Position numbers and translations under genes: made by a program. A stretch of 64,000 nucleotides of DNA from Rhynchobatus australiae. Taxonomy: Eukaryota. Position 1 is the first letter of the stretch, and each line of letters starts with the position of its first letter. Where the stretch lies: contig JAUZTB010000033.1 in the NCBI GenBank assembly GCA_034780895.1, forward strand, positions 30,281,223 to 30,345,222, read 5' to 3'. The notes under the pieces were generated by a model, which saw only the letters and a list, made by a program, of their open reading frames with translations, made no database searches and was not told where the DNA came from. Shown piece by piece: positions 1 through 12,356 of the stretch.

Positions 1-747
1 TTTGTCTCCCTCCTCCTCAAAAGTTTTCACTTTGACTCGTTCTGTGCCGAGTTTTGTCCGTTAACTACTCAGGGTGCTTCAGTATATTAAAAGTGCAACA
101 TACATGCAAGTTCTTGTACAAAGGACAGCTAATCAAGGAACAGTCAATTTCTCCAAAAGATGTTATAGGATGCGGATGATAAATGTATTCGCTCCACTAG
201 ATACTCTAATTGTAGTGGCAGAACTAGCAGTTCCAGTAGATAATGTTGGATGCACAGGGTAGAACTGGCTAGTCCGATCAATACTGTTGGATGTGGAGCA
301 TTAAAGTAAGAGCTTTAATCAATACTGTGGGATATAGTATAAGTATTCCCCTCAACAGAGAGTGTAAGATCTATGTAGCATGTTTTTAATCCCCTGTATC
401 CTCTGTGATGCACAAAACAGAGATGATTACTCCTCGAGTACAGATTGTAGCTCTGCCTGGTTCAATAACTGCTCAGCATTTATATAATCACAAAGCTTAA
501 CATATTNNNNNNNNNNNNNNNNNNNNNNNNNNNNNNNNNNNNNNNNNNNNNNNNNNNNNNNNNNNNNNNNNNNNNNNNNNNNNNNNNNNNNNNNNNNNNN
601 NNNNNNTACCCATAGACAGTGTCTCTATGATATAAACATAAATATCCTGGAGAATATTGCATATTTCACTCAATTGCCTTCATTCACTTAAATTAATATA
701 AGTACGGCAAAGGTGCTTGCCGTGATGTGGACCTGCGGTTACTATGG

Positions 748-1290
748 GAGTCATAGAGTTGTGCAGCACAGTAAAGTGCCCTTTGGCCCACCATATCCAT
801 GCTGACCTTTTTCCCCATCTATACTAATGTCATTTGCCCACATTAGGTCCACATCCTTCTAAGGCTTGCCTATTCAAGTACCTGTTTAGATTCTTAAATG
901 TAGCAATTGTACCCGGCTCTATCACCTTCTCTAGCAGTAAGTTCTGGATATCAACCACTCTCTGTATAAAAGAAAAAAAATCCCCTCAAATCCCCTTTAA
1001 AACTCCTTCCCCTCATCTTAAACCTATGCCCTTTTATCTATGATACCACTACCAGGGGAAGAAAAACTCCGACTATCTACCATATCTATGCCTCTTATAA
1101 TTTTATATACTCCTATCAGGTCACCCCTCAGCATCCTCTGCTCTAGGGATAACAAATCCTGCCTATCTAATTGCTCCCCATGACTGAAGTCCTCTACCGT
1201 CCTGGTGAATCTCCTCTGCATTGCTCCAGTGCAACCACATCCTTCTCGTACTGTGGCGATCAGAAATGAACACAAAACTCCACACGTAGC
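748..1290 (-). mobile_element. CR1-type LINE 3' fragment
   Basis: Minus-strand translation LSLEQRMLRGDLIGVYKIIRGIDMVD is a degenerate CR1 ORF2 C-terminus. A ctctatgactc-type tail lies near 748-760. Confidence 0.8.
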
Positions 1291-2863
1291 TTCAAGGTCC
1301 CTTTGTTCATGAACATTCCATAGCATCCTACTATTTACTGTATATGTCCTACCCCTACTTTACATTCCAAAATTTATTGTGTTGCCTCTACAAGTTGGAA
1401 ATTTGTGGCTTTTTGTGAAAATATTTGGTAATTTTAGATGTCCAAATGGGTGTTGGCTGCTTGTGGCTTTCTGGATTTGCAAAGGTAATTTTGGGCTTTT
1501 TGGTGAGAAATTAATTAATAGTCGGGTATGATTTAAGTGAGATTGGAACAACAATAAGAGAGTTGAAAAGGAGCTATTAGACTTGACTTTCTAAAGCCCA
1601 GCCTGGAGTTTGACACTCATAGCATTCTATTGCTATGTGGACAAATTAGTATAATAGAAATCAGAAGAAATTACAATCAAACCATATTATACAGTTATCA
1701 AACCAGAGCTTTTGATCACCAATATACCAAGGAGGCATTTAAGTATTGGAAGTGCTGCAAGGAAGAATTAAAAAGGGCAAATCCCCATGCCAGAGTTGTG
1801 TTGCAAGGCCAGAGAAATTTGGGCTTTTCCCTCTGGACGCAGTTGTGTATCACTTTAAATGGGATGGAAAGGACAAATCGAGAAAAATTATTTTAAATTT
1901 GCTAAAAGGTCATGACACCTGATCAAATGAATAAAAGATGAATTTAAGATTGATATCTAGAAGTCCATCTTCAGATAAAAGGACAACATACAAAGAATGA
2001 CCTTGGAATGGTACAGAACAATGCATCCATAACCACAGCCAGATTCTGCAGAAATCTCCTGCTGCTGAGCAGTGCGATTTACAATTGGAAAATATTGAAG
2101 ATTATTTTCCCACTGCATCATAGCTTGAACTTACATTTTGCTCTCTGGTTACGCTGCTTGTATTAGTCGTTCACAAAGTGCTCGGACAAAGGTGACATTT
2201 AAGAAGCAATGGTAAGCTAATTGAAAGCTATTGGTTCAAGAACAGACTTAACTCTGAACAACAAATGCAGCAAAAAGTACTATGTTTAGCTATATTGCTT
2301 GTTATTCTGGCAGAAAGTGCAGAAAAAATAATTTATGACTGGGGCAAATCAGGGTAGGGATTTGAATCCAGGTTTGGGACTTCAACATCATGTAACCAAG
2401 ATTTCTGTTTAAGGGTAATGTTAATTCCATTGCCTTCTTTTCATACGTAAAAATTAACGATGGCTTTCAAGAATTTTAGCTTTCTTGATAAGGATAGCTG
2501 GGTCAAACTCTCATATCAAAGTCTATTTTGAACTAGAGGATAGTTTTGATTGAGAGGAGGACAATCTATAAAATCAGATTGAACTAACTGATGGTCATAT
2601 GTTTTTATTGAGTGCTAATGACTGATAAAATTTATATTTTTACTTGCATTTAAGACAGTGATGTATAATTTGGGGCAGGTCTAGGGTAATGTGGAATCTA
2701 TCATGAGGGGTGTTATTTTGCATGACACACCACCCTTCACCATGGCTCATGGTAATGCAACTCCATGAGATCCAAGGTTGCAAGGGGAAACTTATACATA
2801 TGGTAGGGGATGAGGTGATATGAAAACTCTTTCTTAGTTATGTATATCATTTAAAGCACGTGT

Positions 2864-3270
2864 CATAGAGTCATAGAGAGACATAGCACAGAACAGGCTC
2901 TTCAGCCCACCAAGTCCAAGCTGACTGTCAATCCTGCATTAATTCTATTTTCTATTCTGCCCACACCTCAAGTTCTACCATTTACCTACACACTAGTGGC
3001 AATTTTCAGCATCCAATTAATCTACCAAACAGCATGTCTTTAGGATATGGGAAAGGACGAGACCACCCGCAGTCACAAGGAGAAAGTGCAAACTCCACAT
3101 TGTTGTATTTATTATTACCATGTATACTGTTTACACTGTGAGCTTCACACGAGCAAGGAATTTCATTGCACCCTGGTGCATATGACAATAAACAGATCCA
3201 AATTGGAATCTGAAAGGACACAACCCAAGACTCTGTTGCTGTGAGGCAACGTCTCTCCTAACTACCCTCA
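2864..3270 (-). mobile_element. V-domain SINE with CR1-like tail, interrupted by an approximately 105-bp foreign 3'-end fragment (about 3098-3205)
   Basis: gtcatagagtcatagag tail and reverse-complement V-domain (cagtcacaaggagaaagtgcaaactccaca). The insert ends in atgacaataaac. Confidence 0.6.
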
Positions 3271-3879
3271 TCTCCCAAATCGGGGGGTTTTCTCTTCTTA
3301 ACAGTTGATCTGGGTGTTGTGTGTATGGAGGAACTGCCTGCATTTTGTTTCCACGTGGGGATACCCGTTTTGGGTCAAAATTGGCTAATAGTATGCTTCA
3401 TCTCTAGTCAGCAACTAAATCTTGCTCCCAACATTTGGTATAAGCCTCCTTACACATTAAAGCAATTCACTGCTTGGTCTTGCAAGAAGGATTGCAAAAC
3501 TATTAAGAAAAATTTTGATATTTTCATTCTTAACTGGGGAATTACGGCTGACTTACAAATACGAGACGTTGAGACTACAGATGATGACAGATTGTTTCCC
3601 CTGGCTGGCAGATCCATTGAGACATGTAATTATCACCAGTTAAACAAAATAAGAAGTTGGGTGAACTTTTTCTTTGTCACATGGAGAGTCTTTAGCTTAT
3701 GGAATGCTGGCAGCTGTTAAAACAGAAATAAAATTATCAATGAAAAGGAGTTAGAAAAGCACTTGAGAAAGAGGAGTGTAAGAGGTTACAGGAAAATGAA
3801 GAAATTGGATTGGAGCACATAACAGTCAATACCAGTTAAAGAGTTGATTTGTGAAATGGCACAGTGGTCCAGAGTTCCT

Positions 3880-4315
3880 CTATTAATGAGTCTTGGGTTT
3901 CAGTTGGCTATATGGGGCAGGCCTGATACCTTATTCCAAAAATGGACACTCTATTGAAAGCTGTCATGGGAAGGAGATTACAGGCAGACAGAGGAAATGA
4001 TTCAAGGATGTGCTCAAAGCCTCCTTGAAGAAATGCAACATCCCCACTAACTCCTGAGAATCTCTGGCCTGCGACCGCTCAAAGTGTAGGAGCATTAGAG
4101 ATGGTATTGAGAACCTCTAGCCATAAATCGTGAGCGTGCAGAGGCCTGTGTAAGCAGCAGGAACAGATCACCTCTCACACTACTCACCCATCAGCTACCA
4201 ACTGTCCCAGATGGAAAAGTTTAAAGTTCCCACATTGGCATCATTAGCCACATTGGAACCGATAAAATTGCAGTGGAAACAAGTCATCCTTGATGCTAAG
4301 GAACTGCCTAAGGAG
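3880..4315 (+). mobile_element. RTE-type LINE 3' remnant
   Basis: ctcaaagcctccttgaagaaatgcaacatc...gaccgctcaaag encodes LKASLKKCNI...LA.DRSK, typical of the RTE ORF C-terminus, with stops and frameshifts. Confidence 0.55.
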
Positions 4316-5410
4316 AATGCACCCACCAACAGAAAGCTCAATGACTATAAACTGAACAATAAGAATAAAAAGTGTACAGATAGTCTTGAAATGTTGTTGA
4401 ATTATAACAGGATAAAACTTTATTTGTCTCTTTAGTTCACATGTATAGAATCAGAATGTTTTCTTTATTCTTCACAGATGAGATGTTTTCCTCAGTACTA
4501 GCAGAATTGGTAAGAGAAAAATGTTTCTATTTATGTTGCTCTAGCTTCTAAAGTAAAAAAAAATAACATTTCCCCATTTCCAGGTGTCAAAAAGCATGTT
4601 CTAGGGATTGATTTTAAAAAGAAAATAACAAAATCAAAAGGATCACTAAAATATGAATTATTTACTGGTTTGAGAAGTTGTTAAGTAAAGCAGGCTAATA
4701 GTTCACAATGTCATAAACATATAATCTCATGACAAGTCAATTTAACAGCTATATTTGGGAGAACATGTTCATATAAAGAGTGATAAATGTCTGGAATTTT
4801 TTATTGGGCAAAGCAATGTCAACAGCAAGATCTGGGGTATTCTGAAAAGTCTGGTAGAATCTATTCGGAACCAATGTTCTTGCTTTGGGAGATAAAAGAC
4901 CATTTCTAACCCTTGACCCTTCTATAGTTCTTTTACACAGATTGGAAATGTTCCCTTTTCAGCTATTGCAATCAAAATGTTCTGTTGTAAACAGTATAGA
5001 TATACTTGTTTCCAAAGAAACATTATCCCATTCATAATACTTCAAGTTCTTTCATGAAGTCTAGCCTATGCAATAAATAGGAGAGCAACTGAGGAAGAAA
5101 TTGGGCCATGACTTGAACTTCAAAACCATGATTTGTAATAATAAACATTTTTTGCAACTACTGTCTAATCTCATCAGAGTGGATGTTAAGTAGAACAATT
5201 TAGTGTCTGGTCCTCATGCACAAATTGCAATTAAAAATGATATAAACTGATTGCATTGATGAACAAATCTAAGTGAAATTACTTCCATTGGGAAAGCAAA
5301 GCTTCTCTGGTGTGGTTGTGTATCAAATGATGGCACAAGTTGCACATATGTCCACCCTTGCCAACTGGGCACAACCTATGATCTTCACTGATCAGTTTAT
5401 AAATAAGAAA

Positions 5411-5760
5411 CATGGTGGTTCAGCGGTTAAGTGCTGCTGCTTCACAGCTCCAGGGACCCTGGTTCCTTCCTGTTCTCGGATGCTGTCAGTGTGGAGATGC
5501 ACATTCTCCCTGTGACTGCGCGAATTTCCACTGGATGCTCTGGTTTCCTCCCACATCCCAAAGATGTGCTGTTAGCTGGACTGACTACTGTAAAATCACC
5601 ACTGTTGTAGTTAAGTGGCAAAAAAGTATCAAAGGGGGTTGATGGACAAATGAGGGAGGATGGGTTACAGGGAAATAAAACAGTGAATGGTGCTGAGAGG
5701 ATTGTTCTGCTGAAACCCAGCATGAACAAAATGAGCTAAATATCCTCCTGTTTCCTGATA
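5411..5760 (+). mobile_element. tRNA-derived V-domain SINE
   Basis: tRNA-like head (tggtggttcagcggtta...ggttc) followed by V-domain tgctctggtttcctcccacatcccaaaga. Confidence 0.75.
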
Positions 5761-7126
5761 CATATCTAAGTAAAGGCTGTGATGACATTACAAGCCTTCT
5801 GTTTTGCTATCAATGCCTTTCATGCAGCATTTGTTGGTCTCAGTTTTGTATGCTCAAGAGATTTCCTAGCTCATCACTGGCTGATTGCAGCCTTTTATAC
5901 AGTGCACATCGGAGCTGCTGTGATCTCTGTCTTATTACCCTGCGACTCATAGTGGTGTGGGCCCCCTCGGGACACAATCAGGGCAGATGATTACATGGGG
6001 GTAGTCACACGTGTAGAAGATGGCCAAATCGCACCCTTCCCCATGTTTTCCCCCACTTCCCTGCCAGCCTCCAATGCAGATGTTCTGTGACTGCTATAGG
6101 GAGACTTTCTTTAAAGTCTAATGTCCTTATCAGTGATTGATGCAGCAACAATGTGCAACATGACCATTGTGAGCTTCTCATGCAGCTCCCATTTGGAATG
6201 TTTCATGTCCCATTTTATTATTACGTTTTTGGTGTTGGAGCTACATGCAGTACATGTTCCAATAAAGAGTGGAAACCAATTCCTAATTTTGCAGGGTAAT
6301 TTTAACTGAATCTACCAGGTGGAAAAGTGATGGAATCCAATCAGCTTACTGATTTTATTTTTAGGTGAAAGTGATGGAAAATTAAATTTAATAACATATA
6401 AAACAAATGGCTGATACAAACTCACCACTTACCTGCTAGGCAGTTTAACTTATAATTGTGTACTTAGTGTTGATTTTACCCCTTGTCTTAACTGCATTTG
6501 ACTGCTTCAAGTTATGCAAACTTGTCTACACCTTCTTCTCTGATTACTGCTTGTCCACTCCACAGTGGAAACCAATTGGCCAGCCATAATTTTCCCTCTC
6601 ACCATGATTCTCTTTCGCTGCACCTTGTTACTTTAAAAGTCTCCATTCCCTCATTCTACTTTTGGTCTTGTTCCCAATTTAATTTTGTTCAATATATCAA
6701 TCTACTGATTAAGTGCTCCATTTTAATAAAAAATGTTGTACAAATGCAAGTTACTTTTTATAAGTTTTGGGGAAACTCTCTCAAGCCAGACTAGGCCCTC
6801 AATTCATCAGTGAGAAATGTTACCAAGCCCACTTAATACCTCGGAAAACCAAAAGGGGAAAACCTATAATCAACATGCTTAAAATATCTTTGAAAATATC
6901 TAATTTCATGGATCTTTGATTTTTCAAAAGAGCATTTTTCAATATTTAAGTTGAAGCATTTTGCAAACAAATTTGNNNNNNNNNNCTAAAATTCTCTTTT
7001 AAATTCAAATGAACAGCAAACATAATTTAATCCCTCAATAAATCATAGAAGAAACACAAGCCTCATAAAACAAAATTTATCTTTAATTAAGTGTCAACAG
7101 CAGTACAAAAGATGGAGTGATGGTGA

Positions 7127-7190
7127 ATATATATATATATTTATGTGTGTGTATGTATATATATATCGAACGAGAGAGAGAAAGAGAGGA
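7127..7190. repeat. Compound (AT)n/(GT)n/(GA)n microsatellite
   Basis: Directly visible. Confidence 0.85.
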
Positions 7191-10100
7191 CAGCTTTGAG
7201 GTAAATGAGCTCAGTCAGTCACATAGACACTCCCCACAAGGCGCCATATCCCTGTCTTTTCATGTTCATTATTTTGTAGCAATAAAAAGGTGGGATTATT
7301 ACCCAAGAATTTTTTGAAATTGTACACATTGATAAGGTGCCTGAAAACTCCAGAAAATAACAGGTTTGTTGTCTTTTGACTAGTGTTTTTATCATCCATA
7401 TTTTTATTATTTCAAATATAATGGAGGCAGAGGAGGTCAGACTACTAGTACCGCTAAAATAAATTTAACCCTAATTAATTGTTTTTCTTTACCTCACGTC
7501 AATACTGCAGAAAATAAAAGGCTGATTTACATTATGAATAATGCCAAGCAGGGGAAAAATGACAGTAGGACATCAAACATAATCAAGAAGGTTTTACATC
7601 ATCCTCAGCAAACAAGTTGTCTTTTGTACTGTATAAAGAGCAGAATACGAGGAACATGGTGATGGAGATTTTTTTTCTCTTATGTTCAATTACAAACTTT
7701 ACACTAGACTGTACATGTCTTTTTTTTCTTTTTTTGATAAATTATTTACATTTGTCAGACATCATCAAAGCAGCAGCAGACACTGTTCCTCTAGACACCC
7801 AAACATATACCTGCTGTGGGCCCAGGTACCTGCATTGTTATTTGTTCAAAATGCAAAGTTGAAAGTTTTTTAAAAAAACTTTTTTTTAATTATCAAATCC
7901 TGCTGTACAAGAGACATGTGAGGTGGCCCTGTGTTTCTTTAGAGCCACACCCAGTGTTGCTATAGGGTCGAAAGCATAGTACCATGGCAACAAGAGTCCC
8001 AGTTGTCAGTCATACGCGCGTGCTAAAACAAAACCAAACCTAATGAAACCTTTATACTTTATCAGCAGCTAGCATGTCAGTCCAGCAAGTCAGTGAATTG
8101 TGCTGATTAAATTAACACGAAGAACAATATCACAATATACATCAAAATGAAAACAAAACTTCCAATTGTGGAAGATAAAGTTACAGTAAGAAGCTATGTA
8201 GAAACAGCTTATAAGCGTGTCTTAATGTATTTTTCAACAACTGGAAAAAAATGGCAAATACTTAATGAATGAACAAAAACACTATAAAAAATTCCTCTCA
8301 GTAAAGCAGAGGGCGGGCTACTTTATAAAATCGCAAGATCCAGCACAAAACACAAGGGACAAAGGGAGACAAAACAGCGGATGCACATAGCAAGGCTGCA
8401 GTGTGCCGGTTACAAAAACTAACTTGTTATTTGCACATTTCCCCATAATCCCAATAACGGCAAACATATCAGTTGTGTGTTTCACAGCAGCCTGGCATCT
8501 TTGCTGGCTTGTGACAGTAACAGGGAAAAAAGCAAGGGTGAAATTTAGGAATAATTCCTAATTGTATTCACTAATAATAGCAGATGAACTTGTTCTTCCA
8601 AAGTTAGCCATACTGTTGGTTTGCTGCAAGGACCAGTCATTTTCAATACTGCATCAATTTTGGGAATAATATGTTCAATACGTTTTGACACAGAGGTCAA
8701 CTTTGAGGTTAATGAATATGCAGATCAAGTTATTGCATTTGTTTTGTAAAACCTAACAGCTTGTGTGACATTTTTAAAAATATATATGCCACAGCCTGGG
8801 AATAAAATATTTTTATCACAACATTAATTGTCAAGAAAGGTGGCTTCCAGGAAGGATGCAGTTCCCAATACACAACAGCCTTCGCCTTGTTGCTTACTCT
8901 ACCTTATTACACACAGCATTATAAAAAGTGCAGTTGCTAATCTAGGAACCAGGATAATCTCCCAAGTTTTTCATACATATCTTTTAAACCTAAATTTAGG
9001 GACTTCTGACAGAGTTGGGCAAGTTTGCCAGTCACGTGTTGTTCAGATCTTACTTGTTCTAATGATCTTTAACAGAATCACACTTGAATATCTCCCAAAT
9101 GTATGAAAATAAAGTGTTTGGAAAACTTTTTCTTCATTTAATGTAATAGCTAACACAAAGGAAAAAAATCAAAAATGCCTCTTTCCTATGTTTAAAAAAT
9201 GGTGCATGCCTCGTGGTCTTTCCCCTTTCCAAATTAGAAGCAGGCTTTTCCCTCAAGCATGGTCATCATCCCTCTTCTGTATTTTTTAGGAAACTTGTTT
9301 TTAAAGTATCCTTTGAATAACATTGAGAATAAGTTTGCTGACACGCCTACACTTGGTTGATATTTGCAAGCTATGATCTAAAGTTAGGAAGGCAATTTAG
9401 TTTATGGTTGCAGCTACCTGCAATGATCCATAATAAGAGGGTCACAAAGCTTATGAATGTCCAGGGCAATTAGTATTTAAATAGAAGCAAGGTAAAAACA
9501 CTTAAATGATCTTAAACTGGTGGTATCAAGTGAGAATCTCTCTTACTTGTCAAGTTCCCTGTTTATTTTGCACTTTGTTACTCTCTGGTGCTCACTGTTT
9601 TATTCCTGATTCTGTTGGCACATTTTGCTACCTGTGGATCATCAACACCTCTATGCCACTTAGAAACAGTTAACAGGGAGTGTCCTATCCCCTTCCCATA
9701 AACTCTTAGAAGTAACCCAGAGGAATTAGAAAATGTTCAATTTATGCAAATCCTCCCTCCCACTTAACCATCCCACCTCACGCCTTTCCTGCTTGATAAG
9801 AATTTTCCACAGAAGGAAATGAATTCATAAAGAGAAGTTACAAATTTTGCTGATTGTTTTCTTCCTGCTAAGAAGTGGGCACAGTACAAGTGATTCAAAA
9901 AGTGTTTCTCTCTTTAAATAAAATTATTTCCCTACTCCGCACATTACTAACTGTAACGCTATATATATCCTTATTAATAATAATTACAATACAAAAAACA
10001 TGAGAAACTGACCATAAGCGAGGTGTCTGAGTGCCTCAGCTACAGGTCCAATACTGCTATATCATTTGCGGGTGTGAGTTCAGCATCTACATGAGGTACA

Positions 10101-10869
10101 GCGAATTGTCAGCATTTAAAAATGTGGACCAACATACAATGATGTATAACAAAACAGTAAATACATAACTTATATTTCACTATGTATTCATGAACAAAAA
10201 TAGAATTCTATTTCCTATGTTATATTTACAATTTAACAAAAAATCTAAAATGAGATGGTGGATTTTTTTGTTGCAACTTTGTTTTAAGCTCCAATTTAAG
10301 TAAATTTGTACTATTTCCTTTATTGATTGTCTTGGTAGAATAACTCTGCAATGATATTTTAGAGCCTGATTTCGGCTAATAAATATTACACAAACATTTA
10401 TTTGATCTAGTCGACTTTCAAATACAATTTACAAAGAGATAATTAAGACCATTGAAAAAAAATAAGGTGGTTGTTTGTTTAGCCAATCAAGTGGGAGAGC
10501 ATATGGTCATGGTAGAAAATGAAATATTTTGTTGGGAATCAGTTGGGGGTGGGGGAGCGGGTTGTTGGTGAATGACGGGAGAAAGGGAAAAGGAAGACAT
10601 AGAAATGAAGATAGGTAAGGATAACAGAAATAAGGGAGAAAGGTAGATTTGGATGGAGCTAAAACAAAGTATTCATACATAACTTTTTTTTGCATAAATA
10701 AAATTACTAGACATAAAATGACTCAAATCTGGCAACTGTGAGGCAGGCCCACACGAGTCTTTACAGGCGGCTTTTTGTTCATGTAATATCTCTTAAAACA
10801 GTTTCACATTAGTCAGAAGTGATAAAAAATATCATTTATATCCAGTGCTCATAACACTTTAAAACATCC

Positions 10870-10936
10870 TGTGTGTGCATGTGTATGTGTGTGAATGTGT
10901 GTGTGTAAGTATGTGTGAGTATGTGAGTGAGCATGT
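10870..10936. repeat. Imperfect (TG)n microsatellite running into a gap
   Basis: Directly visible; abuts the N-run at 10937-11233. Confidence 0.85.
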
Positions 10937-11978
10937 NNNNNNNNNNNNNNNNNNNNNNNNNNNNNNNNNNNNNNNNNNNNNNNNNNNNNNNNNNNNNNNN
11001 NNNNNNNNNNNNNNNNNNNNNNNNNNNNNNNNNNNNNNNNNNNNNNNNNNNNNNNNNNNNNNNNNNNNNNNNNNNNNNNNNNNNNNNNNNNNNNNNNNNN
11101 NNNNNNNNNNNNNNNNNNNNNNNNNNNNNNNNNNNNNNNNNNNNNNNNNNNNNNNNNNNNNNNNNNNNNNNNNNNNNNNNNNNNNNNNNNNNNNNNNNNN
11201 NNNNNNNNNNNNNNNNNNNNNNNNNNNNNNNNNGGTTATATGAACTTTAATAAATTATAATTATGCAAGATTTAGGAACCATTCCCTCACTCCTCCCACC
11301 CTCCCTCATTGAAGCCAGATTTAAAGTTCAAATATTTTGTTTTTTTGAATGAAATATTATCAGTACCTTGAATGATTTGCAAAAGAAACAAAGTGTTCAT
11401 CAGTTATTCTCATTGCAAGATGTCCCAACTAAATTATCACAGTCTAAATCAAACTGGTCCAAGGTTAAATAATGGAACTTCACTATTCAGTGTGGCTTTA
11501 AATAAAGAGCAGAATTCTGCCTCATTTCTGAAAAGTTTGTATTTCCCCAATTTATTGTCTCAAATGCGCATACCAACAACAGTAGTTTCTTAACTAGGCT
11601 GTTATGATTTTGTAGTACCCATTATGTATTTAAGACAAGAAATCTGAGTATGCAGGGTATGTTTTTTGGAGATGAACTTAATTTCTTATTCATCTGTGCT
11701 ATTTATATTTTCAATACACCCCATTTACTTCCTGCACACCAAATTTCATTTAAGTTTAAGACCTTAGTATATGTCATTTTCACAGTAATGCAGTAGATGA
11801 ATTAAGACATTGTGAAATTAAGTAGGTTAAGTCATTAGTATTCAATTTCCTCCCACCCTATCCCTGTCCCATTTGTGCTCATCAAGGTGAATGACAACAG
11901 TGGAGAGGAATGGAATTGTTTTAAGTAATTTCATTTAACACCATTGAATGGCAGATAAGACTCTTGGAAAGACTTAAG

Positions 11979-12356
11979 ACTTCCATTTATATGGCATCTT
12001 TCATGTCCTATTCAAACTGCCCTAAAGTACATTGCAGCCAGTGAAGTACTTTTAAAGTGCAGTCACTGTAGAAATAGGAAACACAGCAAGCCATTGTGCA
12101 CAGAAAGATGCAATGATCTGCTTTTATAATATTGATTCAGGGATTAATATATTGGCCAAAGATGACAGGGGTAAATCCCCTGCTCATCATCTTTCTTTAA
12201 TATTCACTTGTGAAAGCAGGCAGGACCTCTTTTTCTCGTTGCCACCAAAGGACAGCACCTCCAACAGTGCAGCACTCCCTCAGTACTGTACTAAATAGTC
12301 AGACTAGAATGTTGTGCTCAGAGACAATAGTACTCTCAACTAAGCCACAGCTGACA
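11979..12356 (-). mobile_element. DeuSINE (SacSINE1-like) copy inside the SOX6 3'UTR
   Basis: Blocks gcagccagtgaagtacttttaaagtgcagtcactg, aatattggcc and acagtgcagcactccctcagtactg match the shark DeuSINE-type repeat as recalled. A related copy lies at about 27770-28000. Confidence 0.7.
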
